Part shown: positions 55,001-64,000 of the stretch, piece after piece | How the letters are laid out: each line of letters begins with the position of its first letter | Numbering within the stretch: the first letter of the stretch is position 1 | Assembly: GCF_009914755.1 (NCBI RefSeq) | Contig: NC_060945.1 | Source of the DNA: the human T2T-CHM13v2.0 reference genome, Homo sapiens | Reading direction: 5' to 3' (one strand) | Length of the DNA: 64,000 nucleotides | Program-made: the position numbers and the translations under genes | Notes under the pieces: generated by a model | Seen by the model: the letters and a program-made list of their open reading frames with translations, nothing else | What the model was told of the DNA's origin: nothing | Databases searched by the model: none

Positions 55001-58000
55001 GGCATGGAGTGCAATAGAATGGAATGGAGTGGAATGGAGTGGAGTTCAGTGGAATGGAGTGGAGTTGAATGGAATGGAGTGGAGTGTAATGGAGTGGAAA
55101 GGTATGGACTGTAGTGGAATGGTATGGAGTGGAATAGAATGGAATGAAATTTAGAGTATTGGAATGGAATGGAATGAAATGGAAAGGAGTAGAATGGAAT
55201 GGAATGGATTGGATTGGAGTGGAGTGCATTAGAATGTAATGGCGTGGTGTGGGTTGGAATGGAGTCGTGTGGAATAGAATGGAGGGGAATGGAATGGAGT
55301 AGAGTGGAATGGAGAGGAATGGAATGGAGTGGAATGGAGGGGAGGGTTTGTAATCTATTGGAATGGAATGTAATTTAATTGAGTAGAATTGAGGGGAAAG
55401 GAATGGAAGGTAGCTGAGTAGAATTGAGGGGAATGGAATGGAACAAAGTGGAGTGCAAAGGAATGGAAAGGAACGGAGTGGAGTGCAATGGAATGGAATG
55501 GAATGGAATGGAATGGAATGGAATGGAATGGAATGGAATGGCATGGAATGGAATGGAGTGGAATGGAATGGAATGGAGTGGAATGGAATGGAATGGAGTG
55601 GAATGGAATGGAATGGAGTGGAATGGAATGGAGTGGAATGGAATTAAATGGAATGGAGTGGAATGGAAAGGAATGGAATGGAGTGCAATGGAGTGGAGTG
55701 GAGAGGAGTGGAGTGGAGTGGAATGGAGTGGAGGGGGTTGGAGTGTACTGGAATGGAGTAGAGTGGAATGGAATGGAGTGGAATGCAACGGAATGAAGTG
55801 GAGTGGAGTGGAAATGAATGGAGCGGAGTGGAATAGAGGGGAGTTGAGTGGAATGGAATGGAGTGGAGTGGAGTGGAGTGGAATGGAAAGGAATGGAAAG
55901 GAATGGAATGGAATGGAGAGGAGTGGTGTCGATTGGGGTGGAAGGGAGTGGAGTGGGGTGGAATTTAGTGAAGCCGAGTCGAATGGAGTGTATTTCAGTG
56001 GAATGCAATGGAATGGAGTGGAGTGGAATGGAGTGGAGTTGAGTGGAATGGAATGGAATGCAGTGGAGTGGAGTGGAATGGAATGGAATGGAATGGAATC
56101 GAGTGGAGAGGAGTGGAATGGAATGGAAAGGAATGGAGAGGAGTGGTGTCGATTGTGGTGAAACGGAGTGTAGTGGAGTGGAATTTAGTGAAGCAGATTC
56201 GAATGGAGTACAGTTGAGTGGAATGGAATGGAATACAAATGAGTGCATTGCAGTGGAAAGATACGGAATGGAATGGAGTTGAATGGAATGGAGTGCAGTG
56301 GAGTGAAATCGAGTGGATTGGAATTTATTGAAGTGGAGTGGATTGGAGTGGAATGGAATGGAATGGAACATATTGGAGTGGAGTGCAGTGGAGTGAAGGG
56401 GAGTATGGAATGGAAGGGAATGGTTTGGAGTGGAATGGAGGGGAATGAAATGGAGTTGAATGGAGTGGAGTGGTTTGGTACGTAGTGGTGAGGAATGCAA
56501 TGCAGTGGAATGGAATGGAGTGGAACGGAACGGAATGGAATGTAGAGGAATGGAATGGAGTGCAATGGAATGGAATACAATGGAAAGGAATGGAGTGTTG
56601 TAGAATGGAATGGAATGGAATGGATGGGAGTGGAGTGGAGTAGAATGGAATGGAGTGGAATGGAGTGAAATGGGGAGGAGAGGAATGGAATGGTCTGGAA
56701 TGGAATGGAATGGAGTAGAAATGAATGGAATGCAGAGGAGTGGAATGGAATGGAGTGGCATGGGACGGGTTGGAATGGAGTGGAAAAGAATGGATTGGTA
56801 TGGAATGGAATGGAATGAAATGGAATTGAATGGAATGGAATTGAGTGGAGTGGAGGGGAATGGAATGGAAAGGAATGGAATGCAGTGGAGAGAAGAAGAA
56901 TGGAATAGCATGGAATGGAGTGAAATATAGTGGAATGGAGTCGAAAGTAATGGAATGGAGTGGAGTAGAATGGAATGGATTTGAAAAGAATGGAATGGAG
57001 TGGACTGGAAAGGAGAGAAGTGGTATGGAGTGGAGTGGAGTAGAGTGGAGTGGAGTAGAATGGAATGGAGTGGAATGGAATGGAATGCAAAGGAGTGGAG
57101 TGGAATGGAGTGGAGTGGAATGGAGATTAGTGAAATTGAATGGAGTGGAGTGGAGGAGAATGGAGTGGACTGGAGTGGAGTGGAGTGGAATATAATGAAA
57201 TGGAATGGAGTGGAGGGCAGTATAGTAGAGTGGAGTGGAATGGAATGGAATAGAGTGGAGTGGAATGGAGTGGAATGCAGTGGAGTGGAGTGGAATGAAA
57301 TGGAATGGAGTGCAGTGGAATAGAATGCAACGGAGTGTAATGGAATGGAATGGAGTGATGTGGAGTGGAGTAGGGTGTACTTGAGAGTAATGGTTTCATG
57401 TGGTATGGAATGGTATGGAATGGAGGGGAAACGAATGGAGTGGAGAGGAATGGAAAGGAGTGGAGTGGAATGGAATGGAGTGGAGTGCAATAAAATGGAA
57501 TAGAGTGGAAAAATATGAATGGAGTGGAATGGAGTGGATTGTAGTGGAGTGGATTGTGGTGGAGTTGAATGGAAATGAATAGACTGGAGTACAATGGAAT
57601 GAAGTGCAATGGAAGGGAATGAAATGGAGTGGAGTGGAATGCTATGGAATGGAATGGAATGGGTTGGAATGGAATGAAATGTAGTGCATTGGAATGGAGT
57701 GGAGTGGAATGGAATGGAGTGGAGAGGAAAGAAATGGAATAGAGAGCAATAGAATGGAATGGAGATGGAATGGAGAGGAGTGGAGTGGAATGGAGTGGAG
57801 TGGAGTGGAATGGAGTGGAGTTGAGTGGAATGGAATGGAATGGAACAGAGTGGAGTGGAGTGAAGTGGACTGGCGTGGAATGGAATGGAATGGAATGGAG
57901 TGGAATGGAAAGGAGTGTGGTGGAAAGAAGTGGAATAGACAGGAATGGGATGGAGTGTATTGGAGTGGAGTGGAGTGGAATGTAATGGAGTGTAATGGAG

Positions 58001-59305
58001 TGGAGTGGAGTGGAATGGGATGGAGTGTATTGGAGTGGAGTGGAGTGGAATGTAATGGAGTGTAATGGAGTGGAGTGGAGTGGAATGGAATGGAGTGGAA
58101 TGGAGTGGAGTGGAACGGAATGGAATGGAATCGATTGGAGTGAAATGGAGTGGAATGGAAGGGATTGGAATGGAGTGGAGTGGATTAGAATGTATTGGAG
58201 TGGAATGCAATGGAGTGGAATGCAATGGAGTGGAACGGTATGGAATGGAATGTAGTGGAATGGAATGAAATGGAATGGAATGGAGTGTAATCGTATGGAA
58301 TAGAATGGAATGGACTGGATTGGAGTTGAATGGAATGGAATGGAGTGGATTACAATGGAGTGGAATGCAGTGAATTGGAATGGGGAGGAATGGAATGGTG
58401 TGGAGTGGAATGGAATGGAGTGGAGCTGAATACAATGCAGAGGAGTGGAATGGAATGGAGTGGCATGGAATGGATTGGAACGGAATGGAAAGGAATGCAG
58501 TGGTGTGGAATGGCATGGAATGGAATGTAATGGGATGCAATGGAATGGAATGGAATTGAGTGGAGTGGATTGGAATAGAATGGAATGGAATGGAGTGGAT
58601 GAACAGGAATGGAATGGAATGAAATTTAGTGAAATATAGAATAATGGAGTGGAGTGGAATGAAACAGAGCAGCGTGTAATGGACTGGATTGGAATGGAAT
58701 GGAATGGAGTGGATTGGAATGGAGAGAAGTTGAATAGAGTGGAGTGGAGTGGAATGGAGTGGAATCGAGTGGAATGGAATGGAATGGAAAGGAGTGGAGT
58801 GGACTGGAGTGGAGTGGAATGGATTGGAGTGGAATGGTATGGAGTAGAGTGGAGTAGAATGGAGTGGACTAGAGTGCAGTGGATTGGAGTGGAATATAAA
58901 GGAATGGCATGCAGTGGTGTGGAGTATAGTCGAGTGATGTGGAATGGAGGGGAGTGGAATGGAATGGAATGGAGTGGAATGGAATGGAACGGAACGGAAC
59001 GGAACGGAATGGAATGGAATGGAATGGAATGGAGTGGAGTGGAATGGAATGCTATGGAGTGGAATTTACTGGAAAGGAGTGGAATTAACTGGAGTGGACT
59101 GGAATTGAATGGAGTGGAAGGGAATGGAATGAAGAGGAATGGAGTGAAGTGGAGTGGAGAGGAATAGAGTGGAGTGGAGTGGAGTGGAATGGTGGAGTGG
59201 AGTGGAATGGAATGGAGTGGAGTGGAATGGAATGGAGTGGCTTGGAGTGGAGTTGAGTTGAATCAAATTTAACTGAATGGAATGGAATGCAATGGAATGG
59301 AATGG
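25026..59305 (+). repeat. GGAGT-rich diverged pentameric satellite domain with nested kb-scale duplications
   Basis: Abrupt return to long GGAGT runs at ~25030; recurrent landmarks with ~1.44-1.55 kb, ~2.2-2.4 kb and ~1.39 kb offsets. Confidence 0.88.
57942..58087 (+). repeat. Exact 70-bp tandem duplication
   Basis: GGAATGGGATGGAGTGTATTGGAG...GTAATGGAGTGTAATGG at 57942 and 58012, identical by eye. Confidence 0.9.
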
Positions 59306-59367
59306 GTGCGGAGATTGTGTAACTGCGTTACAGCCTGTGTGACAGAGAGAAATCATGTCCAAAGAAA
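59306..59367 (+). mobile_element. Alu right-arm 3' fragment, copy 1
   Basis: GTGCGGAGATTGTGTAACTGCGTTACAGCCTGTGTGACAGAGAGAAATCATGTCCAAAGAAA aligns by eye to the Alu 3' end GAGCCGAGATCGCGCCACTGCACTCCAGCCTGGGCGACAGAGCGAGAC...AAAA. Confidence 0.8.
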
Positions 59368-60296
59368 GGAGTGTAATGGGGTGGGATGGAGTTGAGTGGA
59401 ATGGAATGGAGTGGCGTGGAATGGAGTGGAGTGGAGTGGAATGGAGTGGAGAGGAATGGAGTGGAATGGAATTGAGTGGAGTGAAATGGAATGGAGCGGA
59501 GTGGACTGAAATTGAATGGATCGTTGAGTGGAGTGGAGTGGAATGGGGTGGAGTGGAGTGGAATGGAGTGGAATGGAATGGAGTGGAGTGAAACGGAATG
59601 GAGCAGAGCGGAGTGAAATGGAATGGATCAGAGAGGAGAGGAATTGAATGGAGTGGAGTGGTATGGACTGTAATTGAGTGGAATGGACTGGAGTGAAATG
59701 GAATAGAATGGAGTGGAAGGGAATGGAGTGGAGTGTGGTGGAATGGAGTGGAGTGGAGTGGAGTTGAGTGGAATTGAATGGAGTGCAGTGGAATAGAATG
59801 GAATGGAGTTAACTGGAATTTTCTGGAATGGAGTGGAATGGACTGGAGTGCAATGGAATGGTGTGGAATGAAATGGAATGGAGTGTAACGGAGTGTAGTG
59901 CAGTAGAGTGGAGTGGAATGGAGAGGCCTGGAGTGGAGTGGAGTGGTATGGAATGGAATAGAACGGGGTCGAGTGGAATGGAATGGAGTGTTGTGGACTG
60001 GAGTGGAGTGGAGTGGAATGGAATGGAGTGGTGTGGAGTGGAGTGGAGTACAGTGAAGTGGAGTGCAATGGAATGGAATGGTATGGAGTACAGTGAAATA
60101 GAGTGGAATGGAATGGAGTGGATTGGAATGTAGTGGTGCGCAATGGAACCGAATGGAGTGGAGTGGAGTAGAATGGAGTGGATTGGAATGGAATGCAACG
60201 GAATGCAGTGGAGTGGAATGGAATGGAGTGGCGTGGAATAGATTTGAGTGAAATTGAAAGGAATGGAATGGAATGTCATGGAATGGAATGGAATGG

Positions 60297-60358
60297 GTGT
60301 TGAGATTGTGCCATTGTGCTACAGCCTGTGTGACAGAGGGAGATCCTGTATAAAGAAA
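60297..60358 (+). mobile_element. Alu right-arm 3' fragment, copy 2
   Basis: GTGTTGAGATTGTGCCATTGTGCTACAGCCTGTGTGACAGAGGGAGATCCTGTATAAAGAAA. Confidence 0.85.
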
Positions 60359-61015
60359 GGTGTGGATTTGGATGGAGTGGAGTGGAATGGAGAGGAACGG
60401 AGTGGTGTGGAGTGGAATGGAGGGGAGTGGAGTGCAGTGGAGTGGAATGGATGGGAGTGGAGTGCAGTGGAGTGGAATGGAGAGGAATGGAGTGGTGTGG
60501 ATTGGAATGGAGTGGAGTGGAGTGGAGTGGAGTGGAATGGAGTGGAGTGGACTGGAGTGGAGTGGAGTGGAATGGAGTGGAGTGGACTGGAGTGGAGTGG
60601 AGTGGAATGGAGTTCAGTGGGGTGGGGTGGAGTGGAATGGAGTAGAAAGGAATGGAGTGGAGTGTGGTGGAGTGGAGTGGAGTGGAGTTTAATGGAATGG
60701 ATTGGAGTGGAATGGAATAGAATGGAGTGGAGTGGAATGGATTGGAGTGTTGTGGATTGGAGAGAAGTGGAATGGCATGGAGTGGAATGGAATGGCATGG
60801 AGTGGAGTAGAGAGGAGTGGAGAGGACTAAAGTGGAGTGGAATGGAATGGAGTGGAATGAAGTGGAATGTAGTGCAGTGCAGTGGAGAGTAGTGGAATGG
60901 ACAGGAATGGAATCTTATGTAATGGAATGTAGTGGAGTGGAGTGGAATGGAGTGGAGTGGAGTGCGGTGGAACAGAATGGAACGGAATAGAGTGCAACGG
61001 AATGGAACAGAACGG

Positions 61016-61077
61016 GTGCTGAGATTGTGCCACTGCGCTACAGCCTGTGTGACGGAGGGAGATCCTGTCGAATAAAA
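61016..61077 (+). mobile_element. Alu right-arm 3' fragment, copy 3
   Basis: GTGCTGAGATTGTGCCACTGCGCTACAGCCTGTGTGACGGAGGGAGATCCTGTCGAATAAAA. Confidence 0.88.
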
Positions 61078-61159
61078 GGAGTGGAATGGGATGGAGTGGA
61101 GTGCAGTGGAGTGGTGTGGAGTGGAGTGGAATGGAATGGAATAGAATGGAATGAAATGT

Positions 61160-61221
61160 GTGCTGAGATTGTGCCACTGCACAACACCCTGTTTGACAGA
61201 AGGAGACCCTGTCGAAAGAAA
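61160..61221 (+). mobile_element. Alu right-arm 3' fragment, copy 4
   Basis: GTGCTGAGATTGTGCCACTGCACAACACCCTGTTTGACAGAAGGAGACCCTGTCGAAAGAAA; retains GCCACTGCAC and GAGACCCTGTC. Confidence 0.88.
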
Positions 61222-61578
61222 GGAGTGGAATGGGTTGGAGTGCAGTGTAGTGTAGTGGAGTGTAGTGGAATGGAGTGGAGTGGAGTGGAATGGAGTGGAG
61301 TGGAGTGGAATGGAGTGGAATTCAGTGGAGTGGATTGTAATGGAGTGGAGTGGAGTGGAATCGAGTGGAGAAGAGTCGAATGGAATGGAGTGCAGTGAAA
61401 TGGAAAGAACGGGACTGTAGTGGAATGGAGTGGAGTGGAGTTGAATGGAATGGAATGGACTGGAGTGGAATGGAATGGAATGGTGCGTAATGGAATGGAC
61501 TGGAATGCAGTTGAATGGAATGGAGTGGAGTGGAACAAAATGGAATGGAAGGAACCAGAATGAAACGGAACAAAATGT

Positions 61579-61640
61579 GTGCTGAGATTGTGTCACTGTG
61601 CTACAGCCTGTGTGACAGAGGGAGGTCCTGTCGAAAGAAA
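61579..61640 (+). mobile_element. Alu right-arm 3' fragment, copy 5
   Basis: GTGCTGAGATTGTGTCACTGTGCTACAGCCTGTGTGACAGAGGGAGGTCCTGTCGAAAGAAA. Confidence 0.85.
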
Positions 61641-62185
61641 GGAGTGAAATGGAATGGAATGGGGTGGAGTGGAGTGGAGTGGAGCAGAACGGAGTGGAGT
61701 GTAGTGGAGTGGAATGCAGTGGAGTGGAGTGGAATGGAGTGGAGAGGAGTGGATGGAGTGGAGTGGAGTGGAATGGAGTGGAATCGATTGGAATGGACTT
61801 GAGTGGAATGGAATGGACTGGAGTGGAATGGAATGGAATGGAGTGGAATGGAATGGAGTGAAGTGGAGTGGAATGGATTGCAGTGGAGTGGAGTGGAGAG
61901 GAATTGTGTGTAATGGAACAGGGTGGAGTGGAATGGAATGGAATGGAGTGGAGTGGAATTTACTGGAGTAGAGTGGTATGGACTAGAGTGGAATGGAATG
62001 GAATGGAGTGGAACGGAATGGAATGAGTGGAGTGGAGTGGAATGTCGTGGAGTGGAGTAGAATGGAGTGGAGTGGAATGGAATGCAACGGAATGAAGTTG
62101 AGTGGAATGGAATGGAGTGGTGTGGAGTAGACTTGAGTGAAACGGAAAGGAATGGAGTAGAATGCAATGGAATGGAAAGGAATAG

Positions 62186-62247
62186 GTGTTGAGATTGTGC
62201 CATTGCTCTACAGCCTGTGTGACAGAGGGAGAACCTGTCGAGCGAAA
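62186..62247 (+). mobile_element. Alu right-arm 3' fragment, copy 6
   Basis: GTGTTGAGATTGTGCCATTGCTCTACAGCCTGTGTGACAGAGGGAGAACCTGTCGAGCGAAA. Confidence 0.87.
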
Positions 62248-62964
62248 GGAGTGGAATGGGATGGAGTGGAGTGAAGTGGAGTGTAGTGGAGTGGAATGGA
62301 GAGGAACAGAGTGGTGTGGAGGGGAATGAAGTGGAGTGGAGTGGAATGGAGTGCAGTGGAGTGGGGTGGAGTGGAATTGAGTAGAAAGGAATGGAGTGGA
62401 GTGTGGTGGAATGGAGTGGAGTGGAGTTTAATGAAATGGATTGGAATGGAATGGAATGGAATGGAGTGGAGTGGAGTGGAGTGGAATGGATTGGAGTCGA
62501 GTGGAGTGGAGAGCAGTGGAATGGAGTGGAATGGAATGGAATGGAATGGAATGTAGTGGAATGGAATGGAATGGAATGGAATGTAGTGGAGTGGAATGGA
62601 ATGGAATGGAATGTAGTGGAATGGAATGGAATGGAATGGAATGTAGTGCAATGGAATGGAATGGAATGGAATACAATGGAGTGGAGTGGAATGGAATGGT
62701 GTGGAGTGGAGCAGAAAGGAATGGAGTGGAACGGAATGAAGTGGAGTGGAGTTGAGTCGAATGGAGTGAAATGGAATGAACTGGAATGAAATGGAGAGGA
62801 GTGGAATGGAATGGATAGGCGCGGATTGGAGTAGAGTAGAATAGAATGGGATGGAATGAAATGGAGTGGAGGGGAGTGGAATTTAGTGGAGTGGAGTGGA
62901 ATTGAGTGGAGGGTAGTGGAGAGCAGTGGAATGGAATGGAATGGAATGGAATAGAATAGAATAA

Positions 62965-63026
62965 GTGCAGAGTTTGAGCCACTGCACTGCATCCTGTGTG
63001 ACAGAGGGAGATTCTGGCGAAAGAAA
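62965..63026 (+). mobile_element. Alu right-arm 3' fragment, copy 7
   Basis: GTGCAGAGTTTGAGCCACTGCACTGCATCCTGTGTGACAGAGGGAGATTCTGGCGAAAGAAA. Confidence 0.83.
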
Positions 63027-63841
63027 GAATTGGAATGGGAAGGAGTGTTGTGGATTGGAGTTCAGTGGAATGGAGTGGAATGGAGTGGAGTGGAGTGGAG
63101 TGGAATGGAGTGGAATGGAGTGGAATGGAATGGAATGGAATGGAGTGGAGTGGAATGAAACAGAATATAGTGGAATGGAGTGGAGTGGAATGTACTGGAG
63201 TGGAGTGGAATTGACTTGAGTGGAAATGATTGGAATGGAGTGGTGTGGAATGGATTGGAGTGTGGTGGAATAGAGTGGAGCGTAGTGGAGTGTAGTGGAG
63301 TTGAATGGAATGGAACGGAGTGGCGTGGAATTGAATGGAATGGAATGGAGTGGAATTTACTGGAACGGTGTGGAATGGGCTGGAGTTGAATGGAACGGAA
63401 CGGATTTTAAAGGAAAGGAATGGAGTGGAATGGAGTGTAGTGGAGTTGAGTGGAGTTGAATGGAGTGTAGTGGACTGGAGTGCAGTGGAGTCCAGTGTAA
63501 TGGAATGGAAATCTATGGACTGCAGTGGAATGAAATGCAGTGGTTTTGAGTGGAGTGTAGTGGAATAGAATGGAATGGAATGGAAAGGTGGAGTGGAGTG
63601 GAATTCAGTGGAGTGGATTGCAGTGGAATGGAACGGAATGGAATGCAATGTAGTGGAGTTGTTTAGAGTGGAGTGGATTGGAAAGGAATGGAAAGAAATG
63701 GAGTGGAATGGAGTGCAGTAGAGTTGAGAGGAGCGGAATGGATTGGAATGGAATCAGATGTAATGGAATGTGGTGGAGTTGAGTTGAGTGGAGTGGAACG
63801 GAATGGAAAGGAACAAAACATAATGGAACGGAATGGAATGT

Positions 63842-63903
63842 GTGCTGAGATTGTGCCACTGCGCTACAGCCTGTTTGACAGAGGGAGAGCCTGTTGAAAG
63901 AAA
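63842..63903 (+). mobile_element. Alu right-arm 3' fragment, copy 8
   Basis: GTGCTGAGATTGTGCCACTGCGCTACAGCCTGTTTGACAGAGGGAGAGCCTGTTGAAAGAAA. Confidence 0.87.
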
Positions 63904-64000
63904 GGAGTGGAATGGGATTGGGTGGAGTGCGGTGGAGTGGAGTGGAGTGGAATGGAGTGGAGTGGAGTGGATTGGAGAGGAGTGGATGGAGTGGAGTGGA

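Larger units (their letters stand above)
1..64000 (+). repeat. Satellite III-family (HSat3-like) pentameric array, (GGAAT)n/(CATTC)n with GGAGT variants; pericentromeric heterochromatin
   Basis: Continuous 5-bp periodic GGAAT/GGAGT sequence from end to end, purine-rich strand on +; contains the Sat III decamer CAACCCGAGT and Alu fragments (primate). Confidence 0.97.
59306..64000 (+). repeat. Composite satellite: GGAGT/GGAAT array with repeated Alu 3' fragment
   Basis: Eight 62-bp non-satellite inserts with the same boundaries; start-to-start spacing 991, 719, 144, 419, 607, 779, 877 bp; probably continues past the window end. Confidence 0.9.

Noticed and set aside
18147-57405. Short non-pentamer patches (about 18147-18170, 19441-19462, 20873-20890, 29085-29126, 31083-31100, 57373-57402) as foreign insertions
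   Set aside because: Each is under 45 bp, can be explained as clustered mutation of pentamers, and matches no element I recognise.
18-63897. Hundreds of ORFs, some 900-1060 aa on the minus strand (e.g. 7008-9965, 40129-43200, 55355-58540)
   Set aside because: Pure (GGAAT)n and (ATTCC)n have no stop codons and translate as MEWNG and IPFHS in all frames. Minus-strand ORFs are longer because C/T-rich codons rarely mutate to stops, whereas TGG, GGA and GAA are one step from a stop. ORFs overlap in every frame and show no domain-like sequence.
59066-63897. Non-repetitive peptide motif (AEIVPLRYSLCDRGRSC / MAQSQH) recurring in ORFs
   Set aside because: It is simply the translation of the Alu fragment.
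59306-63903. CRISPR-like array (conserved direct repeat with variable spacers)
   Set aside because: Repeats are 62-bp Alu fragments, spacers are 80-930 bp of satellite, there are no cas genes, and the DNA is eukaryotic.
59306-63903. Functional Alu or 7SL-derived ncRNA genes
   Set aside because: Only the last ~60 bp of the right arm is present; the Pol III A and B boxes of the left arm are absent.
1-64000. HSat2, alpha satellite or telomeric repeat; assignment to a specific chromosome or species
   Set aside because: No recurrent HSat2-type CATTCGATTC/ATGATG unit, 171-bp monomer or TTAGGG array was seen. Chromosome and species cannot be determined without a database search.

Overview
The whole 64 kb window is primate (human/great-ape type) pericentromeric Satellite III-family DNA: (GGAAT)n with abundant GGAGT variants, with the GGAAT strand on + throughout and no large inversion seen. 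It contains no credible genes; all listed ORFs are translations of the pentamer (MEWNG / IPFHS). The array has five domains. (1) Diverged GGAAT/GGAGT satellite at 1-5890 and 7986-20540, with a cryptic ~4.5 kb higher-order duplication. (2) A ~2.1 kb nearly pure, young-looking block at ~5890-7985 built from an in-phase inverted pentamer, GGAAT-TCCAT (about 60 EcoRI palindromes by hand count), in successive variant layers. (3) A ~4.5 kb island of classical Satellite III with the CAACCCGAGT decamer at ~20540-25025. (4) A GGAGT-richer diverged domain at ~25026-59300 with nested ~1.4-2.4 kb duplications. (5) From 59306, a composite repeat in which eight copies of the same 62 bp Alu 3' fragment are embedded in, and co-amplified with, the satellite. 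Coordinates and counts were read by eye, and domain boundaries are approximate. I found no protein-coding or CRISPR-like system; the interesting structure here is satellite evolution. Whether any of it is undescribed needs comparison with T2T satellite annotations.
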